54,819 nt of DNA from Bacillota bacterium (GCA_036742135.1 DAINRC010000001.1:41311-96129); one strand, 5' to 3'; positions 27,871 through 38,450 are shown, counted from the stretch's first letter. Notes: generated by a model not told the origin, from the letters alone. Numbers and translations: made by a program.

Positions 27871-28887
27871 GTGCAACCAATTGCTGCTTTACCTTCTCAG
27901 GACCGTCTAGGACAAAGGCTGAAAGAAGAAGTTTTTATTTATCTAGCTCCTTCTTTACGGAAAATCCTGGGTGAAGTGTCCTCTTCCAGGATCTCAGAAC
28001 TGGAAGAGATCAGGGTTCGCTACAATCAGCCGCTGCTCTTGCGTCTGGGCGAGGATGAATTTTTCCTTGACCCCCACGGAAATTTGGTCTCCTCGCCAGT
28101 TGCTGGTTACAAAGTAACTGCTGAGGATATTTGGAAAACGGTTCAGTTGATCTGTCAGGGCTCGGTTTATGCTTTTGAAGAAGAGTTCCGGCAAGGCTAC
28201 CTTACTCTTCCTGGAGGCCACCGTGTGGGACTTGCAGGCAAAGCTGTTCTCGAGAGAGGGGTAGTGAAAACCTTAAAAGAAATTGGAAGCCTCAATTTCC
28301 GGATTGCTCGTGCCGTCCCTGGTGCCGCCACTCCTCTTTTGCCTTACATCCTCAATTTTCGAGAGAAGAGGATTTACCAAACTTTGATCATTTCCCCGCC
28401 CCGCGCCGGGAAAACCACGATCCTTCGGGATCTGATCAGGCATCTCAGCTACGGAATTCCTTCGCTGAATTTTCCGGGGATCAACGTCGGGGTGGTTGAT
28501 GAGCGCAGCGAGATCGCCGCATGTTACCAGGGTGTTCCTCAGCATGACCTAGGTCCACGTGCCGATGTTCTCGACCACTGTCCGAAAGCCCAGGGGATGA
28601 TTATGCTTCTGCGCTCCATGTCACCGCAGGTAATCGCAACTGATGAAATTGGTCGCCCTGAGGATGTGGAAGCCCTTGGAGAAATGGTGAACACCGGCGT
28701 AGGCATCCTCGCCACAGTTCATGCATCTTCCCTTGAGGAGCTTGAGCAGCGCCCGAACATCAGGCAGGTCATTGTCAGAGGGATTTTTCAGAGGTTTGTC
28801 CTCCTGAGCCGGAGAAAGGGGCCAGGAACGATTGAGGGAATTTGGGATTCTCAGGGGATCGAGGTGTCAAGGAAGTGTTCAGGCTGA
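27871..28887 (+). CDS. spoIIIAA: stage III sporulation protein AA (ATPase)
   Basis: GTG after gggagggg. Walker A SPPRAGKTT. First gene of an eight-gene spoIIIA-ordered operon. Confidence 0.88.
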   Translation: MQPIAALPSQDRLGQRLKEEVFIYLAPSLRKILGEVSSSRISELEEIRVRYNQPLLLRLGEDEFFLDPHGNLVSSPVAGYKVTAEDIWKTVQLICQGSVYAFEEEFRQGYLTLPGGHRVGLAGKAVLERGVVKTLKEIGSLNFRIARAVPGAATPLLPYILNFREKRIYQTLIISPPRAGKTTILRDLIRHLSYGIPSLNFPGINVGVVDERSEIAACYQGVPQHDLGPRADVLDHCPKAQGMIMLLRSMSPQVIATDEIGRPEDVEALGEMVNTGVGILATVHASSLEELEQRPNIRQVIVRGIFQRFVLLSRRKGPGTIEGIWDSQGIEVSRKCSG

Positions 28888-29393
28888 TCGGTGCTTTGTT
28901 GATCATTGGAGTGGCGGGCTGGAGTGGTCTCTGGGTGGCTTCGATTTATAGAAGGCGGCCTCAACAGTTACGCAGTTTTCAATCTGCTTTACAAATGCTG
29001 GATACAGAGATCGTCTATGGAGCAACACCTTTACCTGTGGCGCTCCAAAAAATAGGACAGGCAATTGAGCCTGCGGTGGGAGCGGTTTTTCGGAAAGCAG
29101 GAAAGTTGCTGGAGAAGTCATGTGGCTACACTGCAGGTGAGGCCTGGGAGAAGGCCCTTGGGGACGAGGCCGAAAACACTGCTCTCCGGAGTGACGACCT
29201 GATAATTTTGAAGACTTTTGGGGAAGTGCTTGGGGCTTCGGATAGAAGTGAGCAACATAAAAATATCGTCCTCACCATCCAGTATTTACAAAAGGCGGAG
29301 ATGGAGGCGGAGAAAGAAAAAGAGAAAAATGTGAGGCTCTGGAGGTATGGGGGCTTTCTCATAGGCATCAGTGTGGTTCTTTTGCTGTTATAG
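28875..29393 (+). CDS. spoIIIAB: stage III sporulation protein AB
   Basis: GTG 28875 gives a 172-aa product. N- and C-terminal TM segments. Operon position. Confidence 0.8.
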   Translation: MFRLIGALLIIGVAGWSGLWVASIYRRRPQQLRSFQSALQMLDTEIVYGATPLPVALQKIGQAIEPAVGAVFRKAGKLLEKSCGYTAGEAWEKALGDEAENTALRSDDLIILKTFGEVLGASDRSEQHKNIVLTIQYLQKAEMEAEKEKEKNVRLWRYGGFLIGISVVLLLL

Positions 29394-29415
29394 TCCCAAG
29401 GAAGGTGGTTTTAGG

Positions 29416-29613
29416 ATGAATGTTGACCTCGTATTTAAGATCGCTGGATTGGGGATTTTGATTTCTGTTCTCCACATCATTCTCAAGCAGGCTGGTAAAG
29501 AAGAGCAGGCACAGATGCTCACCCTTGCTGGGGTTGTCGTTGTTTTGATTATGGTCGTCCAGTTGATTGGGGAGCTCTACAGTATGGTGCGCTCAGTTTT
29601 TCACCTTTTTTGA
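29416..29613 (+). CDS. spoIIIAC: stage III sporulation protein AC
   Basis: ATG 29416 follows aaggaaggtgg. A 65-aa two-TM protein, MNVDLVFKIAGLGILISVLHIILKQAGKEEQAQ. Confidence 0.85.
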   Translation: MNVDLVFKIAGLGILISVLHIILKQAGKEEQAQMLTLAGVVVVLIMVVQLIGELYSMVRSVFHLF

Positions 29614-29628
29614 TCAGGGGGCATGGGT

Positions 29629-30015
29629 ATGGAACTTTTCCAGATTGTCGGGATAGGCCTGGTTGTCACCCTCTTGGCAGTTCTGATCCGGGGACAACGG
29701 CCAGAGTTCCCCCTCCTCCTGGCTCTGGCCTTCGGAATTCTGGTTTTTCTGCTGATCCTGGACAAGGTTGAGGTAGTGGTCAGTGTTTTCTGGGAGCTTA
29801 GTAGAAAAGCCCAAATAGAGGATTTTTACCTGGCAACTTTATTGAAGGTTCTGGGTATTGCTTATGTTGCTGAATTCGGTGCCCAAATTTGTCGTGACGC
29901 AGGTGAAGGGGCGATAGCCAGCAAGATCGAGCTTGCGGGGAAGGTGCTTATTGTTCTCGTTGCCCTACCGATCCTTACGGGGATTCTGGAAGCAGTAGTG
30001 CGTCTGCTTCCTTAG
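29629..30015 (+). CDS. spoIIIAD: stage III sporulation protein AD
   Basis: MELFQIVGIGLV... A four-TM protein of 128 aa. ATG 29629 is better spaced from aggggg than ATG 29623. Confidence 0.85.
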   Translation: MELFQIVGIGLVVTLLAVLIRGQRPEFPLLLALAFGILVFLLILDKVEVVVSVFWELSRKAQIEDFYLATLLKVLGIAYVAEFGAQICRDAGEGAIASKIELAGKVLIVLVALPILTGILEAVVRLLP

Positions 30016-30027
30016 CAAGAAAAAGAG

Positions 30028-31218
30028 GTGCTGCCTTTGCGATCTTTCTTAGTTTTTTGGATTTTTCTTAGTATGTTTTTTTTCCAACCCAGAGGTGCCC
30101 TCGCAACTGCTGAGCTCCCAGAAAATTTTTCGCCGATTTTATCACAGCAGTTAGAAAGTCTTCAACTTGAACAACTCGAAGGTTACCTGGAGCAGATTGA
30201 TCGCGACCTCCAAGGGCAGGTGTCGCAGTTCAGCATGAGGGGATTCTTCGAGGCAATCCGAAGCGGTGAACTCAACGTCAACCTGGGAGACATCTTCAAG
30301 ACTTTGCTCAACTACTTTTTCCGGGAATTCTTCACCCACACCTCATTTTTAGGAAAGCTCCTGGTGCTGGGGGCGATCTTGGGGATCCTGAGGCACCTGC
30401 AGTCTGCTTTTGAAGAAACAACGGTGGCGAAGCTGGCTCACGGGATTGGCCTCTTGGCCCTGCTAACTTTTGCTCTTACTTCCTTTTCCCTTGCTCTGCA
30501 GTCAGGGAAAGAGGCAATCACCAATATGGTGGGTTTTATGCATGCCCTGCTGCCTGTTCTGCTTACTCTGATGGCTGCTCTTGGGAATGTTGTTTCCGTA
30601 AGCCTCCTTCACCCCATCATCCTGATTTCTTTGAACCTTCTCGGGGCACTGATGGGAAACATTGTTTTTCCCTTGATCTTTTTTGCTGCTGTGCTGGGAA
30701 TTGTCAGTCAGTTATCGGATCACTTCCAGGTCTCGCGATTGGCTGGACTTTTCCGGGACAGTAGTGTGATCTTGCTCGGTCTCTTTTTGACTCTTTTCAT
30801 CGGTATCCTTGGCATCCAGGGTGTTGCTGGAGCAGTTACTGACGGCATCGGCTTGAGAACAGCAAAGTTTCTTACTGGAACTTTTGTTCCTGTTGTCGGG
30901 AAAATCATGGCAGATGCTGTGGACGCAGTTGCCGGCTGCTCCTTGTTTCTAAAAAATGCTGTGGGGATTGTTGGTGCCCTTGGCATCCTTTTGTTGTGCT
31001 GCTTCCCGGTTTTGAAAATCCTCTCTATTGCCGTTGTCTACAGGTTGGCAGCAGCGATGATGCAGCCCTTAGGGACTGAGAAATTGGCAGAATGCCTGGA
31101 ATTGCTCGGAAACTACCTTCTTGTTGTGTTTGCTGTGGTAGCTGCGGTGGGACTGATGTTTTTTATTACCCTGACGATTGTCGTGGGTTTTGGAAATATG
31201 GTAGTGATGCTGAGGTGA
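30028..31218 (+). CDS. spoIIIAE: stage III sporulation protein AE (start GTG 30028 or TTG 30037)
   Basis: Signal peptide followed by a polytopic C-terminal half. Size and operon position fit. Confidence 0.85.
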   Translation: MLPLRSFLVFWIFLSMFFFQPRGALATAELPENFSPILSQQLESLQLEQLEGYLEQIDRDLQGQVSQFSMRGFFEAIRSGELNVNLGDIFKTLLNYFFREFFTHTSFLGKLLVLGAILGILRHLQSAFEETTVAKLAHGIGLLALLTFALTSFSLALQSGKEAITNMVGFMHALLPVLLTLMAALGNVVSVSLLHPIILISLNLLGALMGNIVFPLIFFAAVLGIVSQLSDHFQVSRLAGLFRDSSVILLGLFLTLFIGILGIQGVAGAVTDGIGLRTAKFLTGTFVPVVGKIMADAVDAVAGCSLFLKNAVGIVGALGILLLCCFPVLKILSIAVVYRLAAAMMQPLGTEKLAECLELLGNYLLVVFAVVAAVGLMFFITLTIVVGFGNMVVMLR

Positions 31219-31222
31219 GGCT

Positions 31223-31774
31223 ATGGAGACAATTAGAAACATAGTGAAGACCTTGGTCTTTCTGATGCTGTTTTTTGCCTTTCTAGAAATGCTTCTGCCA
31301 ATGAAGGAAAGTCGCAGATTTGTCCACGTGATTCTGGGTCTCTTCATTGTCGCTGCGATTCTCAATCCCCTGGTTGCTCTTCTTGGAAAAGACCTTTCCT
31401 TTAATTTGCCTCCTGCAGCTTTTCTAGCAAAGGAGGAAGAGGTGCAGGCCATTCTTACCCAAGGGAAACACCTGCAGGAAGCTGCTACCAAAGTTGCTTA
31501 TGAACAGTGTCGGGAGAAGATAGAAACAGAGGTGGAAGGTATTGCCTGTTCTGCGCCTGGAGTTGCCGGCGCCGATGCCGAGGTGTTCCTCCTGGATGCT
31601 GGCAGTATTGAGAAAGTTTTCCTAAGAATCAAAGCAGAACCTACCGATGGCGCTTCTTCTTTTGAAGAGGTTGCCCGGCAAGTGCGCCACCAAGTAGCCT
31701 CGATGTGCAGCCTTCCTCCTGAAAAGGTGGTTGTGAGCAACTTAGTTTCCGAGGAGGTAGAAAGAAGTGACTGA
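31223..31774 (+). CDS. spoIIIAF: stage III sporulation protein AF
   Basis: RBS gaggtgagg. Two N-terminal TM segments. Operon position. Confidence 0.75.
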   Translation: METIRNIVKTLVFLMLFFAFLEMLLPMKESRRFVHVILGLFIVAAILNPLVALLGKDLSFNLPPAAFLAKEEEVQAILTQGKHLQEAATKVAYEQCREKIETEVEGIACSAPGVAGADAEVFLLDAGSIEKVFLRIKAEPTDGASSFEEVARQVRHQVASMCSLPPEKVVVSNLVSEEVERSD

Positions 31775-32384
31775 AAAATTCCGTAGTTTCGGTAGTTTTT
31801 GGGAACAACTCAGGGATCTGCCTTTACTGAGGTCACCCCAGGGATGGAAACTCTTTTTACTTCTAGGTATTGGAATTTTTCTAATGGTTTTTGCGGGTTC
31901 TTTGGTGGAAACCCATCCTCCAGAACCCCAAGTCAGCAATTTGGAAAGTCCCCTCAACCAAGATGACGCTCTCAGCAAAAATGAGCAAGAGCTGGAAAAC
32001 CGGCTGCGAGAGATTCTTGGCGCTGTTTCCGGGGCTGGGAGAGTTGAAGTGATTGTCGTCTTGGCCTCGGGGCCCGAACGGGTCTTTGCCCAGAATGTCA
32101 CCAAGGAGGAAAGAACTGTGGAAGAGAAGGATCAAGCAGGGGGAGTCCGCACAACGAATGAAGCCAATGAACAGGGGGAACTTGTGCTTCTGCGCCAGGG
32201 AAGCGGAAATGAAGGAGGACCGGTACTTATTAAAGAAACTCGTTCGGAAATTGCTGGTGTCCTCATTCTTGCTGAAGGAGCAAAAAATCCTGAGCTTAAA
32301 GAGAAGCTCGCTCAAGCAGTCATGACGGTCCTGGCAGTTCCTCCCCATAAAGTAACCGTTCTACCAAGAGAAGGAGGAGAGTAA
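31767..32384 (+). CDS. spoIIIAG: stage III sporulation protein AG
   Basis: GTG after gaggagg. One TM segment and a ring-building-motif-like C-terminus ending in GVLILAEGA...VLAVPPHKVTV. Confidence 0.8.
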   Translation: MTEKFRSFGSFWEQLRDLPLLRSPQGWKLFLLLGIGIFLMVFAGSLVETHPPEPQVSNLESPLNQDDALSKNEQELENRLREILGAVSGAGRVEVIVVLASGPERVFAQNVTKEERTVEEKDQAGGVRTTNEANEQGELVLLRQGSGNEGGPVLIKETRSEIAGVLILAEGAKNPELKEKLAQAVMTVLAVPPHKVTVLPREGGE

Positions 32385-32930
32385 ATGTTCTCCGTTGTTC
32401 TCGAAAGAAAAAAGTTTATCTGTTTTGTTCTTGGTGGAATTCTGCTTGTTGCCGGTTGTTGCCTCTTTGTTCCCTCGTTCTGGAAAACGGCTCGGGTTTT
32501 TCGAAGTTCTGATCAACAGCAGATGCCTACGGGACTGAGTGCTGATTTTTCTCCTCGTTCTGGTAGCAGTGAAGAATTTTTTGTGGACTGCCGCATGGCT
32601 CGGGAAAGAGTCCGCAGCAAAAAGATGGAATTTCTTGAGGAAATTGCCGACAACCCATATTCAAGCAGTGAAGCGCGGGAGCAGGCCCAGAAAGAACTGC
32701 TTGCCCTTGTCGAAAGGGCGGGAAAGGAAGAAGAGCTGGAAAAATTAATTCTTGCTAGGGGCTTCCAGGAGTCTATCGTGATTATCAATGAAGACACAGT
32801 AACAGCAATTGTAGGAACTGCTTCTCTTTCACCTTCAGAGAAAGAAGAGCTTGTTGCTCTCATCGCGAAAGTTGCTGGTGTGAAGCCCGAGAACATCTTT
32901 GTTATCAATAGATCACATAAGAGAACATGA
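32385..32930 (+). CDS. spoIIIAH: stage III sporulation protein AH
   Basis: RBS gaaggagg. One TM segment. C-terminal ...TVTAIV... KPENIFV motif. Last gene of the operon. Confidence 0.75.
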   Translation: MFSVVLERKKFICFVLGGILLVAGCCLFVPSFWKTARVFRSSDQQQMPTGLSADFSPRSGSSEEFFVDCRMARERVRSKKMEFLEEIADNPYSSSEAREQAQKELLALVERAGKEEELEKLILARGFQESIVIINEDTVTAIVGTASLSPSEKEELVALIAKVAGVKPENIFVINRSHKRT

Positions 32931-32965
32931 GAAGAAGAAAATATTGTATACATAGGGGAAGCGGG

Positions 32966-32994
32966 TTGCAAAAAAGCCAGAATCAAGATAAAAT
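32966..32994 (+). promoter_or_regulatory. sigma-A-type promoter: TTGCAA, 17-nt spacer, TAAAAT
   Basis: -35 at 32966-32971 and -10 at 32989-32994, about 90 nt upstream of ATG 33083. Confidence 0.5.
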
Positions 32995-33082
32995 AGCGGT
33001 AATACGTCAAGTAAACGGTCATCAAAGCGGTTGGGCAACCGGTTTTCTTTCTATATGGGGAGACTTAAGTGGGGAGGAACTA

Positions 33083-35011
33083 ATGGTGAAGAAGCCGAGA
33101 ATTACTGATACCACTTTGAGAGATGCTCATCAGAGTCTTTGGGCAACCCGAATGAGAACAGAGGACATGGTCCCTATCCTGGAAGAACTTGATAAAGTAG
33201 GATATCACTCCCTAGAGATGTGGGGTGGAGCCACATTTGACGTATGCATCAGGTACCTCAATGAAGACCCCTGGGAGCGTGTCCGCACGATCAAGAAATA
33301 CGTCAAACAGACTCCTCTGCAGATGCTGCTGCGCGGCCAGAATCTTGTCGGCTATTCCCATTACCCTGATGATGTCGTTATTGCTTTTGTGGAGAAGGCA
33401 GCAGAGTGCGGAATCGATATCTTCAGAATTTTCGATGCTCTCAATGATGTCAGGAATCTGGAAGTCCCCATCCGGGCAGTCAAGAAAACTGGAAAACATG
33501 TGCAGGCGTGTGTGGTTTACACCTTGAGCCCTGTCCACACAAATCAGCACTTTCTGGAAACAGCGCTGCGTCTTCAAGACATGGGAGCTGATTCCATTTG
33601 CATCAAGGATATGGCAGGGCTGCTGGCTCCTTATGCTGCCTATGAACTTGTTTCCCTGTTTAAAGAAAAACTCGATGTTCCTGTGCAGTTGCACACCCAC
33701 TATGTTGGCGGTATGGCCATTGGTGCCTGTTTGAAAGCAGTTGAAGCTGGGGTTGATGTCTTTGATGCCTGCTCAGGACCACTTGCCTTTGGTTCTTCTC
33801 AGCCACCCGTGGAGACCCTTGTTCGTGCTCTTCAGGGAACACCATGGGACACAGGACTCGACCTGCACCACTTGTTTAAAATAGCTAATTATTGGGAAGA
33901 CCTGAGACGCAGACGTGGTTTTGAACGCGGTGTGACCAGGCTCAATGATATGAAGGTTTTCGACCACCAGGTCCCCGGAGGAATGATCACCAACCTGGTG
34001 GTCCAACTGGAAGAGCAAAAAGCTCTCCACAGACTCAATGAGGTTTTGGAGGAGATCCCTCGTGTCCGCGCCGATCTGGGCTATCCTCCTCTGGTGACAC
34101 CTACCAGCCAAGTTGTCGGTATCCAGGCTGTTCTCAATGTCCTCCTTGGAGAGCGCTACAAGATGGTTCCTCAGGAGGTTAAAGACTATGTTCGAGGTTT
34201 TTACGGAAAACCACCAGCACCAATCAAGGAAGAAGTTAAAAAACTGATCATCGGAGACGAAGAGCCGATTACCTGCAGACCTGCAGACCTTTTAGAATGC
34301 AAGTTTGAAAAGATTAAGGAAGAAATTAAAGATCTGGCAGAATCCGAGGAGGACTACATTACTTATGCTCTCTTCCCTGCAGTAGCACGCAAGTTCTTTG
34401 AATACAGACGCAAGGTTCGGAGTGGCGAGATCGAACCAGCTGTTGCCGAAGAGAAGGAAGTCGCCGGTTCTCCAAAGCCCTCCCAGGAACCTAAATCAGA
34501 ACAGCTTCAGGTCCAACCAACCTTGGTCAAGGAGGGTGGAGAAGCAATGACCATCAATGATGTAAAAGAGTTGGTCCGCTTGATCAACGAGACAGAGATC
34601 AATGAACTTCATGTGGAAACACCATCGATGAAGGTAAACATCAGGAAAGGCTTTTTGGGAACCGCTCCCCCTGTTTTTGGTGAATTTTCTCAGGGAGTTC
34701 CGAGCCAAACAGCAAAAGAGGCTTCTTTACCTCCAGCAGAAAAACCAGCAGAGGAAAAACCTGCAAATCTTGTCGAAGTGACTGCTCCGATGGTAGGGAC
34801 CTTCTACAGAGCACCTGCACCAGATGCTCCGCCTTTTGTGGAAGTGGGTTCAAAGGTGAAAAAGGGAGATACTTTGTGTATCATTGAAGCGATGAAGTTG
34901 ATGAATGAGATTGAGGCTGAATGTGATGGTGAGGTTGTCGAGATCCTTGTGGAAAATGGCCAGCCAGTAGAATACGGCCAGGTTCTCTTCTTGATCGCGC
35001 CTGAAGAGTGA
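33083..35011 (+). CDS. pyruvate carboxylase subunit B / oxaloacetate decarboxylase alpha-type carboxyltransferase fused to a full AccB-type biotin carboxyl carrier protein
   Basis: ATG 33083 follows ggggagg. N-terminus [24 protein letters not shown]-like plus PYC_OADA region. The C-terminal 154 aa look like a complete AccB ([24 protein letters not shown] ... [15 protein letters not shown]). Confidence 0.85.
   Translation: MVKKPRITDTTLRDAHQSLWATRMRTEDMVPILEELDKVGYHSLEMWGGATFDVCIRYLNEDPWERVRTIKKYVKQTPLQMLLRGQNLVGYSHYPDDVVIAFVEKAAECGIDIFRIFDALNDVRNLEVPIRAVKKTGKHVQACVVYTLSPVHTNQHFLETALRLQDMGADSICIKDMAGLLAPYAAYELVSLFKEKLDVPVQLHTHYVGGMAIGACLKAVEAGVDVFDACSGPLAFGSSQPPVETLVRALQGTPWDTGLDLHHLFKIANYWEDLRRRRGFERGVTRLNDMKVFDHQVPGGMITNLVVQLEEQKALHRLNEVLEEIPRVRADLGYPPLVTPTSQVVGIQAVLNVLLGERYKMVPQEVKDYVRGFYGKPPAPIKEEVKKLIIGDEEPITCRPADLLECKFEKIKEEIKDLAESEEDYITYALFPAVARKFFEYRRKVRSGEIEPAVAEEKEVAGSPKPSQEPKSEQLQVQPTLVKEGGEAMTINDVKELVRLINETEINELHVETPSMKVNIRKGFLGTAPPVFGEFSQGVPSQTAKEASLPPAEKPAEEKPANLVEVTAPMVGTFYRAPAPDAPPFVEVGSKVKKGDTLCIIEAMKLMNEIEAECDGEVVEILVENGQPVEYGQVLFLIAPEE
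34547..35011 (+). CDS. accB: possible internally initiated stand-alone BCCP (AccB) isoform, in frame within the fusion ORF
   Basis: aaggaggg at 34529-36 lies 11 nt upstream of the in-frame ATG 34547. The 154-aa product has AccB architecture and sits at the accB position of the conserved spoIIIA-accB-accC order. Confidence 0.3.
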   Translation: MTINDVKELVRLINETEINELHVETPSMKVNIRKGFLGTAPPVFGEFSQGVPSQTAKEASLPPAEKPAEEKPANLVEVTAPMVGTFYRAPAPDAPPFVEVGSKVKKGDTLCIIEAMKLMNEIEAECDGEVVEILVENGQPVEYGQVLFLIAPEE

Positions 35012-35098
35012 AAAACATTGTTTTCATAAGTTTATTTTGGATTTTTGCCGCATGTTCTCCACATGCGGTCTTAATTTTCTGGAGGAGGGTTCGCCTGA

Positions 35099-36445
35099 AT
35101 GTTCAAGAAGATCCTGATAGCTAACCGAGGTGAGATTGCTGTCCGCATTATCCGAACCTGCCGGGAGATGGGGATTAAAACTGTTGCTGTTTATTCTGAG
35201 GCTGACCGCGATGCTCTTCATGTGCAGATGGCAGATGAAGCTGTGTGCATTGGGGGATCTACTCCTGCGAAAAGTTATCTTAATGTCCCCAACATCATCA
35301 GTGCTGCGGAGATCAAAGGAGCAGATGCAATTCATCCAGGATATGGTTTTCTTGCGGAGAACCCTTATTTTGCTGAGATTTGCGAAACCTGTGGGATTAA
35401 ATTTATCGGTCCTCCAGCAGGGGTAATTGAAGAAATGGGAGCAAAGGCACGGGCCCGCCAATTGATGATGAAAGCTGGTGTTCCCGTTATTCCTGGCTCA
35501 CCGAGTCTTCTCAGTGATGTTGATGAAGCTGCTGAGCTTGCTGAGAAAATTGGGTATCCCGTGATTATCAAGGCATCTGCTGGAGGAGGTGGCCGGGGAA
35601 TGAGGATTGTTCAAAACAGAGATGAACTAGAGAAAGCGCTCAAAATGGCCCGTGCTGAGGCTGAAGCTGCTTTTGGAGATGGGGGTATTTATCTGGAAAA
35701 GTACCTCGAAGAGCCGCGCCATGTGGAATTTCAGATCCTTGCCGATAGTTACGGCAATGTCATCCACCTGGGAGAAAGGGACTGTTCAATCCAGAGGAGA
35801 CACCAAAAAGTAGTCGAAGAATCTCCGTGCCCCGTGATGACCCAGGATTTAAGGGAAAAGATGGGAGAGGCAGCGGTCCTGGCTGCGAAAACTGTCAATT
35901 ACGTAGGCGCAGGGACGGTAGAGTTTCTCCTGGACAAGCAGAAAAATTTTTACTTCATTGAGATGAATACCAGAATTCAGGTAGAGCACCCAGTTACCGA
36001 GTGGGTTACTGGGATCGATCTAATTAAAGAACAGATTCTCATAGCTGCAGGCGAAAAGTTGAGCTATCAGCAATCTGATGTGAAATTGCAAGGCGCGGCT
36101 ATTGAATGTCGGATTAATGCCGAGGATCCTGATTCCGATTTTCGTCCTTGCCCAGGAACTGTTACGAAGTACCTGCCCCCAGGCGGTTTTGGGGTCCGAG
36201 TGGATAGTGGAATATATGCCGGCTATCAAATTCCGCCCTACTATGATTCCCTGATTGCCAAGGTAATTACTTGGGGGAAGGACCGCCAGGAAGCAATCAG
36301 GAGAATGCAGCGGGCGCTTGATGAGTTCCTGATTGATGGGGTCACTACAAATATTTCCTTTTTGCAGAAAATTATGGGAAATGCATTTTTCCAGCGAGGG
36401 GAGACTTATACCAACTTCATCCAGCGAAGGCTTCTGGGGGAATAA
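35099..36445 (+). CDS. accC: biotin carboxylase
   Basis: [27 protein letters not shown] and [14 protein letters not shown]. 448 aa. Confidence 0.93.
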   Translation: MFKKILIANRGEIAVRIIRTCREMGIKTVAVYSEADRDALHVQMADEAVCIGGSTPAKSYLNVPNIISAAEIKGADAIHPGYGFLAENPYFAEICETCGIKFIGPPAGVIEEMGAKARARQLMMKAGVPVIPGSPSLLSDVDEAAELAEKIGYPVIIKASAGGGGRGMRIVQNRDELEKALKMARAEAEAAFGDGGIYLEKYLEEPRHVEFQILADSYGNVIHLGERDCSIQRRHQKVVEESPCPVMTQDLREKMGEAAVLAAKTVNYVGAGTVEFLLDKQKNFYFIEMNTRIQVEHPVTEWVTGIDLIKEQILIAAGEKLSYQQSDVKLQGAAIECRINAEDPDSDFRPCPGTVTKYLPPGGFGVRVDSGIYAGYQIPPYYDSLIAKVITWGKDRQEAIRRMQRALDEFLIDGVTTNISFLQKIMGNAFFQRGETYTNFIQRRLLGE

Positions 36446-36475
36446 AGTTTTTGTTTCCATTTAACTACTATCTTC

Positions 36476-36484
36476 TGGTATAAT
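36476..36484 (+). promoter_or_regulatory. extended -10 element TGgTATAAT upstream of the asp23 cluster
   Basis: tggtataat at 36476-36484. No clear -35. Confidence 0.35.
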
Positions 36485-36527
36485 GTTGACAAGTTGGGAG
36501 ATAATCAAATTCACGGAGGTGCTGTTG

Positions 36528-36926
36528 ATGGTAGAAGGCAAAGTTGAGGAAACCACCAAAACAACTGCTTTGGGCTCGATCAGGATTGCCAATGAGGTTG
36601 TGGCCATCATTGCTGGTCTTGCTGCTACCGAAGTTGAAGGGATTGCCGGAATGAGTGGTGGTATTGTTGGTGGTATTGCTGAAAGGCTGGGTCGGAGAAA
36701 CCTTTCTCGTGGGGTCAAGGTGGAGGTTGGGGAGAGGGAAGCTGCAGTAGACCTTTTTGTAATCGTTGATTTTGGAGTGCGGATTCCAGATGTTGCCGTT
36801 CGGGTCCAGGAAAATGTGAAACAGGCAATCGAGAGCATGACCGGTCTTACTGTGGTTGAAGTCAATGTCCATGTTCAAGGGGTCTCTTTCCCTGAAGCTG
36901 AAGAAGAGCAGCCACGAGTGAAGTGA
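36528..36926 (+). CDS. Asp23/Gls24 family alkaline-shock protein
   Basis: ATG 36528 follows ggaggtg. IANEVVAIIAGLAATEVEGIAGM. Occupies the position of B. subtilis yqhY after accC. Confidence 0.85.
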   Translation: MVEGKVEETTKTTALGSIRIANEVVAIIAGLAATEVEGIAGMSGGIVGGIAERLGRRNLSRGVKVEVGEREAAVDLFVIVDFGVRIPDVAVRVQENVKQAIESMTGLTVVEVNVHVQGVSFPEAEEEQPRVK

Positions 36927-36932
36927 TGTGAG

Positions 36933-37469
36933 ATGCGCTTATCCTACAGGTTCTTTCTCCCGTTTTTTTCTCTTATAGTTGCCGCAGTTGCTGTCTTTTT
37001 CATTTCCCTTGCAGCAGGTTGGGAACCACCTCTTTCCGCTCTGTATGAATTTCTGGCTATCCCTTCAAATCGTTGGGCAATAGGAGTTGCTAGTTTTGCG
37101 GTTTTGCTTGTTTCTTTTTACCTCTTCTTGACATCTTTTCAAAAGTCATCCGCGCGGGAGGTGGTTTTACGGGAAACTGAGCACGGTTATGTGGAAATTA
37201 CTAATTCAGCCCTTGAGGATCTCATTAGGCGGGCGGCGCGTCATGTTCGGGGAATCCGCGAAGTAAAACCAATTTTAAGACACAACAAAGAAGGGCTTTC
37301 AGTTATTCTCCGTGTTGGGGTTAATCCCGATGCCACTATACCTGCTGTTTCCGAACAAGTTCAGCAAATAACCCGGGATTATCTTGAGGAAAAGGCGGGG
37401 ATCCAAGTGCGCGGCATCAGTGTGCTCGTGGAAAGCGTGTCTTTTGAACAAAAGGCCCGAGTTGAATAG
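36933..37469 (+). CDS. AmaP-like Asp23 membrane-anchor protein
   Basis: Two N-terminal TM segments followed by an Asp23-like domain. Adjacent to asp23. Confidence 0.6.
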   Translation: MRLSYRFFLPFFSLIVAAVAVFFISLAAGWEPPLSALYEFLAIPSNRWAIGVASFAVLLVSFYLFLTSFQKSSAREVVLRETEHGYVEITNSALEDLIRRAARHVRGIREVKPILRHNKEGLSVILRVGVNPDATIPAVSEQVQQITRDYLEEKAGIQVRGISVLVESVSFEQKARVE

Positions 37470-37498
37470 GGATCCCGGGAAAGGGGAGAAAAAAATCT

Positions 37499-37729
37499 GT
37501 GTGGGGTGAAAAGACGCCAGAAGTCCTTGTTGATTTCTTGAGGAAGCATTTGGGAAAATTGTTGGGGATTCTCTTGGGGCTGGTTATTGGTCTGCTGATG
37601 ATCCTGATTGGTTTTTGGAAGACCATTTTTATCTTCATCTGCATATTTATCGGCTATCTCTTGGGAAAACGCTTGGATGAGGAAGGTGGGTTTTCTGAGT
37701 GGTGGGAGCGCTTTCTGAGAAAGCGTTAA
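37499..37729 (+). CDS. small two-TM protein, DUF2273-like
   Basis: GKLLGILLGLVIGLLMILIGFWKTIFIFICIFIGYLLGKRLD. A usual companion of asp23 and amaP. Confidence 0.55.
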   Translation: MWGEKTPEVLVDFLRKHLGKLLGILLGLVIGLLMILIGFWKTIFIFICIFIGYLLGKRLDEEGGFSEWWERFLRKR

Positions 37730-37805
37730 CCACCTTCCTTAATTTATATTTAGAACAAATACCTTAGAACAATACGAAGAAGGTGATCTTTCAGGAGGGG
37801 TCAGT

Positions 37806-38228
37806 TTGGGAAGGCGGAAAGCTCGAGAAATCGCTCTCCAAATACTATTTCAAGTAGATGTTGGCAAAGTCAAGCCAGAGAGGGCCCTTATCTATACCTT
37901 GAACGAGTTTCAGGTTACCGGAACAACAGCAGAATTTGCTAAGCAGTTGGTCGAAGGCACACTTGCTCACTTGAAGGAGATTGATGAACTCTTAGAGAAG
38001 TATTCGATAGACTGGCCTCTTTCCCGAATGGCTAATGTCGACCGGAATATTTTAAGAATTGGGCTTTACGAGATGCTCTACCACCACGAAACTCCCCTCA
38101 ATGTTGCTATTGACGAAGCCATTGAACTGGCAAAAAAGTATAGTCATGATGACGCACCCCGATTTGTCAACGGAATTTTAGGGCAGATTGCTAAAGAGCT
38201 AAAAGCGAAGGTTGAACAAGGTGATTAA
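37806..38228 (+). CDS. nusB: transcription antitermination factor NusB
   Basis: TTG after aggagggg. RRKAREIALQILFQVD ... DRNILRIGLYE ... PRFVNGILG. Confidence 0.9.
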   Translation: MGRRKAREIALQILFQVDVGKVKPERALIYTLNEFQVTGTTAEFAKQLVEGTLAHLKEIDELLEKYSIDWPLSRMANVDRNILRIGLYEMLYHHETPLNVAIDEAIELAKKYSHDDAPRFVNGILGQIAKELKAKVEQGD

Positions 38229-38450
38229 ACAGAGCCTCGCGCTTTTAGCCTCTCCTGCTTTGACTGTCCTGCAGGAAAACCGGCAAATCTTGGCGAATGA
38301 TAAACTAAGTTCAGGTCTCTTCATTCCAGTCCCCAGAGATGGTGTCTTTTAAATCCCGCCTGGTGTCGAAGGTCTTCTCGGGCTGAACCGGGAGATCTCG
38401 CCTGCAAGAATAAGAGCGGCGAAGTTTTGTGGGAGACAATTTGAGAAGGT

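Noticed and set aside
32927-33082. Upstream ATG 32927 as the start of the carboxyltransferase-AccB ORF (694-aa version)
   Set aside because: It overlaps the spoIIIAH stop without an RBS. The extra 52 residues have no similarity to the family. A good promoter (32966-32994) and the ggggagg RBS point to ATG 33083.
35048-35078. Hairpin ccgcatg/catgcgg followed by tcttaatttt between the fusion gene and accC, considered as a terminator
   Set aside because: It has only a 7-bp stem and an interrupted T-tract, and it lies directly in front of the accC RBS. It may attenuate transcription but is too weak to call.
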